This document shows, in pieces, positions 1-14,130 of a stretch of 64,000 nt of DNA. The stretch spans positions 43,710,001 through 43,774,000 of the forward strand of contig OX597829.1 in the NCBI GenBank assembly GCA_951406725.2. The letters run 5' to 3'. How positions within the stretch are numbered: position 1 is the first letter of the stretch; each line of letters starts with the position of its first letter. A program made the translations under genes and the position numbers. The notes under the pieces were generated by a model. The model made no database searches. It had not been told where the DNA came from and saw nothing but the letters and a program-made list of their open reading frames with translations. The stretch comes from Octopus vulgaris (Eukaryota).

Positions 1-735
1 TTGGAATTCGGAATGGAAGTCGTTTTCTGTAAGCGAGTCGAAGACTTTCTGCGATTCGCTCTAGATGTAAATAATGGTGTTAAAAGGGCGACCTTTGAGC
101 TGAATATTTATCTTGGGGTAAAGATAAAAGTCCGCAGGCGAATACGGTGGGTGCAGAAGCGATACTATGTTTTTGGCGAAAAGGTCACGAGGGAAGAGAG
201 CACGGTGAAGAATCCAAATCTTTACGCACCACGAATGTGGTCACTTTCGTAGAATGTCCTCCCTCAAACGTTTCAAAACGTGGCAGTAGAATTCTCGATT
301 GAAGGGCTGGCCCCGGAGGACGAATTTTCGATACAAAATACCACATTTCCAGGGATGACGCTCATGGCATATTTTCCAGATCTTTAATCGTCTTCCAGGG
401 ATTTTTCTTCCGCTTTTAAAGCGGCTGTACCACTCGAAACATTGCGTTTGACCCATTGCTTCGTCGTTGTAAGCTTGCCGAAGCATGCTCAATGTCTCTG
501 TAGCAGACTTCTCAAGTTTAACGCAAAATCTCACGTTGGCTCTTTGTTCCTGTCCACGTCAAAATCGCAGACTACAGCATACACGGGATCATAAAAACAC
601 ACATTTCACAACTTGCAAAATAACAGTCCACTGCCCCGTGAAGGTCACCGTTAGCTCTCTGCACACGCAACCGTGTGCTGCCATCTGCTGGCGCGCTACC
701 GAACTAGTCCGTGAACTTTTTGATATCACCTCGTA
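1..735 (-). mobile_element. Mariner (Tc1/mariner) DNA transposon, internally deleted transposase pseudogene; 3' end runs off the window
   Basis: Minus-strand TIR TACGAGGTGATATCAAAAAGTTCACGGACT (706-735) starting with TA. ORF 241-534 gives the mariner HTH (RFCVKLEKSATETLSMLRQAYNDEAMGQTQCFEWYSRFKSGR) fused to FNREFYCHVLKRLREDILRK. Bases 1-240 give LLHPPYSPADFYL (decayed YSPDLAP) and, after a frameshift, LKGRPF. Confidence 0.92.
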
Positions 736-1569
736 TATTCAACTGATCTTACTACTTCCATGTTTTCTACATACCTTTCTTTGTCAACTGTTATATTTTT
801 GAAATACTGTTTTATTCCGTCTTGCTTTTCATCTTTTAATCGGGAGGAAGGCAATAACCACGACTTTTCTCGGGGCCTCCGAGACAATTAGTGAGAAGGG
901 CTGAAAGTGTCCTCAAATTGAAGTCCAGGCCCGAATGCTTACAACAAAGTAAACTCCACTAAAGCACCCAAAGGGTTACGTGATGGTGTTAAGCCGGCCG
1001 ACGAGTTACGTCTCCCCAAGGAGGTCAAACCAGGTTCTGAAGTTAAAATGCAATGAACTAGAAAGAAAAATCCCCAAAAGCATCTTGTCACGTGATCTTT
1101 CAGATCCTCCAAAGCATTGCTCCTGATTGGAACATTTCTTTTTTCTTAGCTACACTGCAAGGCTGAAAGGTCAATGTTGACACTGGCAGAATTTGAACTG
1201 AAAGTGCTCCGACTGAATAAATACTGTTGTTTACAAACTGTAAACTGGTGCATTAACCGTAAGGCCATAATTCAGTCTTCTATTTAGATTTTCTCTGTTA
1301 AGCACTGTCTGGTTTAAGTGCTTTGTCTACATGTGTCTTTGTTTTTTGTTTTTTTTTACAATAAACTATCTTAGTCGCTGCGATCATTTCGTTATACACG
1401 GCAGTCGACTTGGAGACCCGAGGTGTTTTGCATTGTGAGGTCAAATGTTGCCGAGATCAAAATTAGCATTTTCATACATCTAGGATCAATATGTAATGTA
1501 TAAGTGAAATAGTGGGATCGATATTTGTTTTGTTTGTCTCTGTCTTTTTGTCTCTTTGTCTCGCTCTCT

Positions 1570-1907
<338 letters not shown>

Positions 1908-2505
1908 TTGAAAGACCTATCTTTTTCTCTCTTTATGTCTCACACCTAATAATTGGTTACGCTGCTTTGTGCGATGGTTGTAAGGCGACCACTCTCTGTG
2001 TTCCCTTCTAAGAAAGAGGGAAAACATAAATTTTATTTATAGACAACAGGTTCTCAGCTAGCAAACTACAAAAATGTCCAAAAACAACAACAATAACAAA
2101 AATGATTAACACAAAGAAAGGTTTGGGCACTGATGGACAGATGTAGCATACACAAAAAATGTATCTTTGTCATTGGTTTGGTAGAATTGTTTGAGCGTTT
2201 GACAAATACACCGTGGCACTTGTTTCTTCCCATCGTTTTCTACGCTCAAATCAATTCGAGGTCCACATTGTCTTCCATTCTCATGGGGTCGATAATATAG
2301 AGTATCAGACAAATACTTTGGTTGATTTAATGAAGTAAAACCAACCCACTACCCAAAAACTTTCTGGCCTATTCAACTTCTACAAGTTCAGAATTATTAT
2401 ATCCATATGTAACTAACCTGTGCAGCTCTGTTGCACAAAGTCTATTTTCTATTGATTTTATGTTACTTGCAAATCAAAGAACTTGGAACCAAAAGTATTG
2501 AATTT

Positions 2506-2919
2506 CCTATTTCTTTATTGTCAACAAGGGACTAAACATAGAGGGGACAAACAAGGATAGACAAAGAGATTAAGTCGATTACATCGACCCAGTGCGTAAC
2601 TGGGACTTAATTTATCGACTCCGAAAGGATGAAAGGCAAAGTCGACCTCGGCGGAATTTGAACTCAGAACGTACCAGCAGACGAAATACCCATTTCTTTA
2701 CTACCCACAATGGGCTAAACACAGAGGGAACAAACAAGGACAGACAAACGGATTAAGTCGATTATATTGACCCCTGTGCATGACTGGTACTTATTTAATC
2801 GACCCCGAAAGGATAAAGGGCAAAGTCGACCTCGGCGGAATTTGAACTCAGAGCGTAACGGCAGACGAAATACCTCTAAGCATTTCGCCCGGCGTGCTCA
2901 CGTTTCTGCCAGCTCACCG
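2506..2919 (-). mobile_element. tRNA-derived SINE family A, partial-tandem (dimeric) copy
   Basis: Head GGTGAGCTGGCAGAAACG, B-box GAGTTCAAATTCC, central CCTTTATCCTTTCGGGGTCGAT. Many copies in the window. Confidence 0.85.
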
Positions 2920-3930
2920 AAAAGTGATGAGTTTCGTGATACGAAATTCAACATTAGCACAATATTTTACTTGAACACAATGATTCCATGGGATGTCTGT
3001 ATAGTATTCATTCATCATATCTTTCTTCCTACAATTGATTCGCTACATACACATACATGTACACACAACCTCAGTCTACACATTTTTCTCCGTCCACCCA
3101 TCCTTCCAAATATTTCATCCAAGCATGAGTACTATACTATAGTATGTCTACTAATGATACATAGTTTTAAAACAAGCATTGGTTTTGCATTTCACCTGAG
3201 ATGCATTTACCATTTGGTCTTTTCTACCATGTACTTCTTGGAAATCGTTCATTTAGTCTACGATGCACTTGATAATTAGTTCAGTTTGGTTTTTCACGAT
3301 CGTGGCTTCAATATTATTTCATGATTCATTTGAACTAGTAGTTTTTCTACACTCATTCAATATTTTCTTTCTGTAAAATAGGACTGTACCCAATTGTTGC
3401 TGCTACCGCTCCTACTGCTGCTGCTCTTTTTGTTGCTTTTGTTGTTGATATTGTTTAGCGCCAAGTCAGTTCTGACTGAATCGACCTTACAATCAAAAAT
3501 ATTTGAATTATGACCTGCCGTCTCTTTGCATACACATGACTACTTTATCTAATGCATCCTTTAATTTTGAAAATAACTGCTTGTAACTTGAGAGAAAAAT
3601 TGACGTCTACTTGTAGCTGCCATGTCAAATATACAAAGCCTTCTTTAATTGGTTATCGACATTAACATTCAATGTGCAATTCTGATTACGAGACTCATTT
3701 GTGTCAAAGTATGGGTTAATTTCTTACACGATGATGCCATCAACATCTGGCGTAAGACAATTATTTCCTTTTGTTTGAAATCTCAGAATACACAAGAACA
3801 ATATTTTACGCAAATCGTTAGATCTCTCACACTTTCGAGCAACTCTAACAACCGATTAAGTTCTTTACTTTCATCCATAGCAATATCGTAACCGTGAGAA
3901 GTCTCAAATGCAAGCGTATAGTAAATTTAA

Positions 3931-4037
<107 letters not shown>

Positions 4038-4077
4038 GTGTGTGTGTGTGGTATGTGAAAGCACGTGGCTGGATTTA

Positions 4078-4411
4078 TAAAAGACAAAATAGAGTGAAAA
4101 GGGTTTCCTTATTTAATCTAACTTGTGTTGGTGTTCCAATGGCACATTGATAGAATGGAAAGATTACAAATTGTGGTAGCATTTGCTTTAGTGAACATAT
4201 TCAGAACTGCTACCAAAAACTGTAATCTTCCCATTCTCTCAATGTGCTATTGGAACACCAACACAAGTTAGATTAAATAAGGAAACCTTCTTCAATGAAA
4301 AATATAAACCAAAACTTAACTATTTCTAAAAATTTTTAAATAAGGAAACTCAGTTCATTTAACCATATAACACAAGCCTTCTGTAGTTTTTTCGCTCTAT
4401 TTTGTCCTTTA
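4078..4411. repeat. Foldback (inverted-repeat) element between (TA)n(TG)n and (CA)n(TA)n tracts
   Basis: Arms 4102-4181 and 4208-4287 are near-perfect reverse complements; outer arms 4078-4100 and 4389-4411 also pair. Confidence 0.8.
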
Positions 4412-4418
4412 GAAACAT

Positions 4419-4522
<104 letters not shown>

Positions 4523-4762
4523 GGGTAAATAATTTATATAAAGGTTATTTCTCCAAAAAAACCACAATTTTTACATTTTGGTAACATAACGGTATTTAAA
4601 TATAGCTTTAACGATTACCGGCAAGAACTTCTGTAAAGTTTTTCAGCTCTATATATTGTATATAAGAAAATACACACACACACACATACACACACACACA
4701 CACACATAGCAGTCAACACCGCTTACACAAACCACACACACACACACACACACACACACATG

Positions 4763-4851
<89 letters not shown>

Positions 4852-5344
4852 AGAAAGAGAGAAGACTGAATGATGCAGCTTTTATATATCGATAGAGCTC
4901 TTTGATACTATTTTATTCTGGTGAGTTCCCATTGCCATTCGATGTCTAAAAACTAGTTTTATAGAAACTTCTTTCAAAATTCTTAAATTTTTCACGCATT
5001 CCCTTGTGTAGGATGAATTATTGTAAAATGTTCCTGAAAGAAACCTAGCTGTTTCTTGCAATACATACTAATACATACATCTAAAACAAAATTTTGTCAG
5101 GGGTCCTATTATGGATATTCGATTTACTATTTTGTTGCGTGGACCCCCGAAATCCTTATTTGGACTCTAAGGGTTCATATGGACTCCAGCTGAGAACTGC
5201 TACCCTAAATAATTCAAAATTGCAAGTTCTTCGTCGTTTAGTCGTTTTCTATTTTAAATTCTTTACAATTTATCTGTCATTTTGTTGCATTAAAAGTCTT
5301 TATTAGATCCTTAAATAATAAACACTTTTGGTTTTTATAATCAA

Positions 5345-5739
5345 CTAGCAGTATCGCCCGGCGTTGCTCGGGTTTGTAAGGGAAATAACTATATAAGCAT
5401 TTTTAGAGATGTAAAGTATAATAACCATCTCAATATGGTTAACCACAAAGGGGGTGTTACTGTAGCTTTTTACGTTCTGAGATTTAATAATAAATTTTTA
5501 GAGAGTTACTTCCCTTATATATGCCAAAAATGCATTAAAAATGGAAAAAAATGATGGTAAATTTTTTTTTAAAATCGTAGACTCATCGTAGACGCGCGCT
5601 AATACTCAGAAGGGCTCGATATGAATCACGACTATAAGATACCCGGTTTTGGTTAAACTGCACCGCAAAATGTGGGAGTAGTTAGGAATCTAAATCGTAG
5701 GAGACAGACAGCATACAACCTCACTTTTATATATAAAGA
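5345..5739 (-). mobile_element. Non-autonomous Helitron, 395 bp
   Basis: Minus strand begins A|TCTTTATATATAAAAG and ends with hairpin CCCG-AGCAACGC-CGGG then CGATACTG-CTAG|T: 5' TC, 3' hairpin plus CTAG, inserted between A and T with no TSD. Confidence 0.92.
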
Positions 5740-5889
5740 TATGACAAATGTTTTATTTTCTATCTAAATTTAGTAAACATTACTCTTTTTCAACAGACAG
5801 TTTGTTCATTGATATAAGAACTTATTGAATACTTTTGTTTCTCTTTATAATTAACAACGATTATCCATCTTCTACCAAGATCATCTTGC

Positions 5890-5953
5890 ATGGCGCCAAG
5901 ATCCTGAATGGCGCCAAGATCCTGAATGGCGCCAAGATCCTGAATGGCGCCAA
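5890..5953. repeat. 18-bp tandem repeat (ATGGCGCCAAGATCCTGA) x3.5
   Basis: Exact contiguous units with no spacers. Confidence 0.9.
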
Positions 5954-6187
5954 CGAACGGTGCAGAGGTAGTTTCTGTGATTGTGATAACGGCTGAGATT
6001 CATAAACAGTGAAAAACGTTTGGTAGCCATTTCTCAGTTATATCATTCAGCCGTTCTTCATTGCTTCATTGATCGAGATGCAATTCTGGGTCACGCATAG
6101 ACTAAGATTGGTAATCTGGAATACGGAATGTTGTTTTTGGTTAACAACATTACATCTTTGATGTTACACTTTTTTATAGTGTTAGAT

Positions 6188-6410
6188 AAGGTAGTGAGCT
6201 AGCGGCATCGTTACCGCACTGGACAAAATGCTTAGCGGCATTTCTTCCGTCTTCACGTTCTAATTTCACATTCCGCCGCCGAGGTCAACTCTGCCTTTTA
6301 TCATTTCGGAGTCGATAAAACAAGTACCAGTTGCACACTGGGGTCGATGTAATCGACTAACCTCCTTCCCTGAAAATGGTGACCCTGTGTCAAAATTTGA
6401 AACCAGTATT
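6188..6410 (+). mobile_element. SINE family A, diverged copy
   Basis: Matches family A head and GCCTTTTATCATTTCGGAGTCGATAAA central domain. Confidence 0.75.
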
Positions 6411-6783
6411 AAAGCGTGAGATATACCCAAAACATTCCAGATAAGTATTGAATATGCCCTGACAATTTTAAGTTTTAGGGTGTGTGATTTGAGGAATTAT
6501 GTGGCTGTTATTTGTAGCTGAACGAACGACTGATTTCTACTTGCCCCTTATATCGTTAATCTAACTCTATGCTATTGTTGTTTTATCTAGTGTTAATTGA
6601 GCGGATCCATGCTGGGAACCTTATCATTTATGATCCTTCGATATGCAATTCGAATAGCGGATCTAGAACAAGCATTATTTAAAAGTAGTATTTTTTTTCT
6701 GTATTTAAACATGGTAGGGGTAACTTTGAGTAGCTTGCTATTTGCAATAGATCGAATAACCTAACAAGCGTTTCCTCAATGTC

Positions 6784-6874
<91 letters not shown>

Positions 6875-6982
6875 CATGCACGAGTGCGTTTCTGCCCGAT
6901 GGTGACTAGGAATGATATGAGACAGAGGGAGTGAGAGAAAGGCAGTGTGTATGTGTGTATGCGTGTGTCTATTCATGTAGGG

Positions 6983-7031
<49 letters not shown>

Positions 7032-8376
7032 TGTGTGCGTGTGTGCATGTGTGTGATGAACGTAAAACAAAGTGAGACGGCTAGGCAGACAGAGGGAGAG
7101 AAATGTATGCGTACGTAAGTATTTTTGTGACATGTGTAAGTATGATAAAGATCAAGCAAAAACAAAATACGTCGTGAGAGAGTGAGAGAGACTGAGATAG
7201 AGAGAGGGAGAGAGAGACTGCGATAGAGAGAGATTGAGATAGAGAGAGGGGAAGTGACAGCGACAGAGAGAATAAGAGAGACTGAGATAGCGAGAGGGAG
7301 AGAGAGACTGCCATAGAGAGAGGTTAAGATAGAGACTGAAACAGAAAGAGGGAGACAGACTGAAATAGAGAGAGGGAGAGAGAGACTTTGATAGAGAGAC
7401 TGATATAGAGAGAGGGGGAGTGACAGCGACAGAGAAAATGAGAGAAACTGAGATAGAGAGGGAGGGAGGGAGAGAGACTGTGATAGAGAAACTGAGATAT
7501 ATATATATAGAGAGAGAGGGTGTGCGAAAGGCAGATGGAAACAATTTATTTATTTTATATTTTATTTTATTTAGTTTCAGTTCACAAGCTGTGGCCATGC
7601 TGGGGCACCGCCATTGATATAATTTTTTCATTTTTTTTCTTCATTTCTTGTTGTGGGTATATCATTGTAAGTCATAATCGTCAGACTACCCAACTAATAA
7701 AATACTGATCCAAGACCAGTGAAGAAATCTAAAATTATACGAAGAAAATAAGAAACAAAAAAAAAACATAAAACAACAGAAAACCAAGTAAACAAATCCC
7801 AAAAAATTACATATCGTATAAATCAATATTTTCCGTCAACAAACTTACCACATCCTTCCATGATTTTTTAGCTTTGTCGTTTTGCGGCTGCGCTTTTATT
7901 TATTTATTTATTTATTTATTTATTTTAATAATCTGCATGCAAAATAATGAAACAGAAAAAACAAAAAACACAAAAAAATGACATTAATCGATTAAGTTTT
8001 GCATGTATGTCAGTCATTTTTTTTTTAAGAAGAAAAGAATACTCTACTAAAACACTATGTTTGATAAGTCATAAAAAAAATTCCAGTAAAAAGGACTAGA
8101 ACTACTGATATATATACATATACATACATACATACACACACACACATATATATATATATATACACACACACACATATATATACATATATGTACATATGTA
8201 TATATACATAGATATATATGTACGTATTCGTATATACATATATATACATACACACATACACACACACACATATATAACTAAAAATGCATGCATCCATCCG
8301 TCCACCCATACAGGCATACATACATACATACATATACATACCCAATTCTTTGTGCGTGTGTATATATATATATACG

Positions 8377-8426
<50 letters not shown>

Positions 8427-8436
8427 CATATATATA

Positions 8437-8480
<44 letters not shown>

Positions 8481-8976
8481 CATACATACATACATATATA
8501 CATGCATATATGTATGTATGTATGTACGTATATACACGAAATACGTTCTAAACGTAACGACCATCCCGTTATTTCCATTGCGTTATCTAACAGTCTACGA
8601 CATGCTGCCAAAATGGCGCATATGTGTAGGTTATAATTTTACTTATCTCGCGCCCAAATAATGTATTGACAGTCATATTTTAAAAGACTGTTGAGGGTTG
8701 ATAATGATTGTGCAATTCGAAACCTAAAGAAAAAGCCTGCATGCAAAGAGGACATGAAAAAGATATAGACATGTGTGTGTGTCTGTAGGTGTGTGTGTAT
8801 ATAAATGTGTGTGTATGTAGGTGTGCGTGTATATAAGTGTGTGTGTATATACACACTTTATTAAAAAGAAGCAAAAATATCACAATATCACAATCTCTCT
8901 CCCTCACTCTATCTCGGTCTCTCTTCTTCTTTCTGTTTCAGTCTCTCTCCTTCTCTCTATCTCAATCACATTCAAT

Positions 8977-9187
8977 ATGTGATCGCGTGTGTATCGTTGG
9001 CGATTTTTTTTCCCTCTGTCTTCCCTTCCTTGGATCTTTCCTTTTTCTGTGTTTCTGACGAAGAGCTCCGCTCGAAACGTTAAATCCTCCTTCTTTCTTT
9101 CCTTTCCTGAGCGTCCAATAACACTATACTCGTTCCACGTACTCGCGTTGTTGTGTTTCTCCTTGTGTTTTCATGTTTGGATTAACT
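8977..9187 (+). mobile_element. HHR family H1 element, copy 2
   Basis: GTTT-CTGACGA-A-GAGC-TCC-GCTC-GAA-ACGT-T-AAAT at 9051-9085; same boundaries as the other two copies. Confidence 0.75.
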
Positions 9188-9307
9188 GCGTATATACTCT
9201 TTTACTCTTTTACTCTTTTACTTGTTTCAGTCATTTGACTGTGGCCATGCTGGAGCACCGCCTTTATATGTATATATATGTATATATATATTTTTTTCTT
9301 TTTTTGC

Positions 9308-9540
9308 TAGTGGCTGAGCACTCCACAGACATGTTTACCCTTAACGTAGCTCTCTGGGAGATTCAGCACAACACAGAATGTGACCAGGCCGGCCGTTTTA
9401 ATTACAGGTACTACTCACTTTTACCAGCTGACGTGAAATAAAGTGTTATGCATAAAGACACAATGCGCTGCCCGAAATCGAACTTATGACCTAACGATCG
9501 TGAGCCAAATACCCTAACCACTGAGACATGCGCCTTTACC
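9308..9540 (-). mobile_element. tRNA-derived SINE family D
   Basis: Head GGCGCATGTCTCAGTGGTTAGGG; shares the GTGGCTGAGCACTCCACAGAC block with copies at 17590-17980 and 46000-46300. Confidence 0.75.
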
Positions 9541-9774
9541 AGAAGGAAGTAATGATAGAAAGAAGGGGGGGATAAAAGAGCGGTGTGGTAAGAAGAGAAA
9601 GTGTGAGAAAGCTGCAACACGGATCCAGTGCAACAGTAAAGAATGGAAAGTATGACGCTTTTGGATGAGTGAGGTTCTGTAAATCTGTATACGACTTATA
9701 GTAAATTTCGACAAAATCCAGTTTCACATTTGTACCAGTGTGCAAGAAAACAAAATCGTGGAAGCACCAACAAC

Positions 9775-10160
9775 AGTAGCGATAGTAACAGCATCGTCAG
9801 TAGTAGTAGTAGAGGAGGTGGTGGTTGTGGTGTTGGTGTTGGTGTTAGTGTTGTTGGTGGAGATAGTAGTAGTAGTAGTGGTGGTGATGGTAGCGGTGGT
9901 GGTGGTGGTGGTAGTGTTAGTACTGGTGGTGGTGGTGGTGGAGGTGTTGGTGGTGGTGGAGATAGTAGTAGTAGTGGTGGTGGCGGTGGTGGTGGTGTTG
10001 GTAGTGGTTGTGGTGGCGGTAGTGTTGGTGGTGGTGGTGGAGATAGTAGTAGTAGTGGTGGTGTTGGTAGTGTTGGTGGAGGTGTTGGTAGTGGTGGTGT
10101 CGGTGGTATGGTGGTGGTGTTGGTGTTGGTAGTGATGGTAGTAGTAGTAGTAGCAGCAGC

Positions 10161-10216
<56 letters not shown>

Positions 10217-10380
10217 AAACAGCAGCAACAACAAGAACAAGATGTATGAATACCAAGAAAGAAGACCAAGCAACAATATCAACTGGAAGACAAACACGCA
10301 CCACCACCACCACCGCCACCACCACCATCACCACCACCACCACCATCACCACCATCACCACCACCGACAACAACAATTAC
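9775..10380. repeat. Compound trinucleotide microsatellite (GGT/AGT/CAC)n
   Basis: Direct inspection; source of the spurious poly-G/S/V/T ORFs. Confidence 0.95.
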
Positions 10381-10689
10381 GAAAACAAACAAGAAAAAGA
10401 GAAGCAAAGCAAAAAAAAAAAATTAGAAAATAAAAACAATAAATTAAAACAGCAGCAGGCAATAGAAAAAAAAAAATCCAAACAAAAAAAAAAACAACCA
10501 GAAAAACAGAAAAAAAAAAACAACATGAAAATAAATATAAATAACGCAAAAACCAAAAAAAAAAACACAAGAATAACTCGACAATAATAAATAACACCAT
10601 CCAAAATATTTTTAAATAAAAAGAGGAAAAAAACAAAACAAAATAGCCAAAAAAGATTTTTTGGAAGAAACGGTGAGAATTCCTTTTGA

Positions 10690-10965
10690 TGTTTTTAGAT
10701 GTAGCCATCGATGAAACGTGTTTTCTTGTTTGGCCTCCGTCGTATATTTACTTCCAAACGATATAGCTGTTGCCAAAGGCGCTTCCCTGATTGTTTTGGC
10801 TCTCGTTTGGCGGGAAAAAATCAATTCTTAGCCGTTTTTTTTTGTGACGTGTGTGTACCTTGCCGAGAATGTAAGAAGACTGATAGAATCTTGGAAAGCA
10901 AACTGGATATTAAGCGAAACCCTTGTGTGTGTATGTCTTGTGATATGGTGTGCAAATGGTAAACA
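10690..10965. promoter_or_regulatory. Candidate promoter or regulatory island with a consensus E2F site
   Basis: Repeat-free, CpG-retaining segment with TTTGGCGGGAAA (10806-10817; reverse complement TTTCCCGCCAAA) and TGACGT (10845-10850). Confidence 0.35.
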
Positions 10966-11382
10966 GAAGACTGTGGCGTTTACCACTGTTTCTTTGTTCA
11001 TCATTAGCGTAATAACAAATTCACGACAGCTATCTTGTTTATGTAAAGAAAATTCACACCACCCCACCAATCTCGCTTCTCACTTTTTTATTCTCAAAAC
11101 ACACACACACATACATACATACACATACATACATGCATACACTCACATACATACGAACACACAGACACATACTCATCCGCAGACACACGACACACATATA
11201 CGCTCACAGGTACACACACACACACACACACACATGCACACAGTCACGATCGCATTCTAACACTCGAACATTCACGTACACACATACGCAGAAGTATTTA
11301 TGCATGACATGTATGTACTATGTGTACATACACACGCTCACGCGCGTGCACACACATGTATAGATACATAGATAAATAGATG

Positions 11383-11457
<75 letters not shown>

Positions 11458-11983
11458 GGATATGTTCATGTGTATACATACCGACACACACAAACGCATA
11501 TATATATATAAGTATATATATATATATATATAAGTATATATATATATATATATATAAGTATGTATATATGTTTATCTATTTGTGTGTGTGTCTATGTGTG
11601 TACACATACACGCTCACATATATATACATACATATACATACACACATATAGGTGTGCATGCTTTTGTGTGTATGTATCCTCTTTCTTTCTCTCACCAACG
11701 CACAAACACCCATACAGCGTGTCAAAGAGAAAGATAGAGAAAGGGGGAGAGAGAGAGGGGGAGAGAGAGAGGGAGAGAGGGGGAGAGAGAGAGACGTCGG
11801 AAATTACACAGAACATGACAGTGATAGGAGTACAAGGAATTGAACATACAAACGAAAGAAAGAAAGTGTGGCAAAATGTATAGAAAGATTGAGACATTGT
11901 GTAGACACAAAGCTATGAGAAATGAGAGCTGTTACATGCACACATATACACACATATACACACACACATATACACACACATAT

Positions 11984-12014
<31 letters not shown>

Positions 12015-12309
12015 TACACAATCATACAGGTAGACGAGCACCTACCTATCCACACGTACACACACACGTACACACATACACACACACGTACACACATACA
12101 CACACACGTACACACATACACACACTTACACACATACACACACACTCTCTCACACACACTCTCTCTCTTACACACACTCTCTCCCTCTCCCTCCCTCTCA
12201 CACATACAATGGAATTGCCAAGTGTGACAAAAGTGAGAATCCAATTATAATAATAAATGTGGAATATATCAGGAATGAGGAGAGAGTTCTAGCGAGATTT
12301 GGATATAAA

Positions 12310-12328
12310 CACTACCACCACCACCACC

Positions 12329-12387
<59 letters not shown>

Positions 12388-12445
12388 CAATACTACTACC
12401 ACCACCACCAATAACAACAACATTACTACTACTACCACCACCATC

Positions 12446-12477
<32 letters not shown>

Positions 12478-12480
12478 CAA

Positions 12481-12531
<51 letters not shown>

Positions 12532-12620
12532 CAACAACAACAACAACAACACCACTACTACTAGTACTACTACCACCACCACCACCACCCACAACAACAA
12601 CAACAACAACACCACCACTA

Positions 12621-12676
<56 letters not shown>

Positions 12677-12680
12677 GCAA
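12310..12680. repeat. (ACT/ACC/AAC)n compound microsatellite
   Basis: Direct inspection. Confidence 0.95.
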
Positions 12681-13019
12681 TGATGATACTGATACTGTTG
12701 ATATTTTCATTATTAACCACTAAGGGTTTACAGGGAGAAAAAAAAACACCACTGTATCGTTTTGTACAGAACGATACATTTCGTATAAAAAAAGGAAGAA
12801 TAACCGTAAAGAAAATAAATAAATAAATACATTCCAAACAATAAATAATTCCCAGAAAGAGGAAGGAAGCCCTCTGATGGCCGAACGTAGAAACCCACAA
12901 AACCGCGGTCACTTTAACCATAAAGGAAAGTGCACTATCCTTGTTGCCATTCTCCCGCAATCTACAGGTGCAGGGTTTTTTTTTCTGTAACAGGAAATAG
13001 GCCTTTTTATTTCAGTATT

Positions 13020-14130
13020 ACTTTCAAACCAAGGTTTCCGGAAATCGCCTCCTCTGGGTCTCGGCTAGAAAGTCTTCCAACCACTTGATTGCCATGGACA
13101 TCCAATATCTCTGCTAAAGCATCGATCGCTTCCATTCATCGTTAATCGTCTACAAAATGATTTTGTGAGATTTCCGCTGACCAGTATACCTCAATGCTAG
13201 AAAGTTGTGGGCGTTTGATGACATTCCAGATACCATGTGACCTGTCTTGGACTTTGTTTGATCCAGATCTTTAGCAATATCAAGGATACGAGCGAAAGAA
13301 AAACTAAATTGACAATGACTTCATATGTTCACCGTCAAGGGTGCTGGAGATGGCGCAGCTTAAGTTTATGTTTGCACTTCATTAGCCACGACATGCCCTC
13401 TCTGCCACGAAGTGAATGCTAACAGCAAATGAACTGTCAGACAATTAGAACACGTCTTTTTCACAAAATACGGAAGAACAACCATGCACCTGTGAAAGGC
13501 GGTTATAAATGACGTGAGGAATACAACTATTTGCCATCTCTACATGGCCCGTCAGGAATGGCTTTCATTCGGCCAGTTTCCGAATGAGACAGGCCATCTT
13601 ACTTGTCACTGGGTTTCAGTTCTTTCCACCAAACTGTTGATCCGAAACAATTAAGACACCGAGCATCTAAAACGCTCCATCCATCCAGTGCCACACAGCA
13701 CTGTCGGACGACATGAATCTGACACTCCAAGTGCCGTGATGGAAGTCTTACCACATTTCCTAATTAATTTTGGTTCTTGTCACTCCTTTGTAACCCATTA
13801 ATGAGGTGGTGATACCTCAGTTGGCTTCTTGCCCAATATTATGATGCGGACGTTGTCCGTTTATGCTGACACTGTTTTTTCTGCCACCTAACCATCGCTT
13901 CTTACATTTCATGCCAAGAGTTCAGGATCGGTCATAAACGTAGGTATTCAAGTACATCCTCTCTGACCTGCCGCTTGCGTTGAGCAGCTGGATGAATTGA
14001 CACTGAAATGCCGTACACGCTTCATTAGAGTCAAGTTGCACGCTTCATCAGAGTCAAAGACCGAACTGTGGCATCATTGCAATTTGGCACCTCTAACACC
14101 CGGGTCCATTGAACGGCTGTTTTTCTGAGG
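13020..14130 (-). mobile_element. Highly decayed RTE-type LINE fragment
   Basis: Minus-strand remnants resembling the RTE C-terminus: PRPRGGDFRKPWFE (cf. RPRGRPRKRW) and a frameshifted RCLRRIL-like segment. Boundaries uncertain. Confidence 0.45.

Noticed and set aside
5890-5953. Possible CRISPR-like array
   Set aside because: Contiguous repeats without spacers, eukaryotic context, no cas genes.
9696-10587. Long ORFs of 200-314 aa (also 12289-12960, 19258-20063, 29309-30176, 50801-51799)
   Set aside because: They are translations of stop-free microsatellites, open in several frames and on both strands, with no domain signal.
12870-12900. CTGATGG...GAAAC resembling an HHR
   Set aside because: A9 is missing and there is no convincing stem II or stem I.
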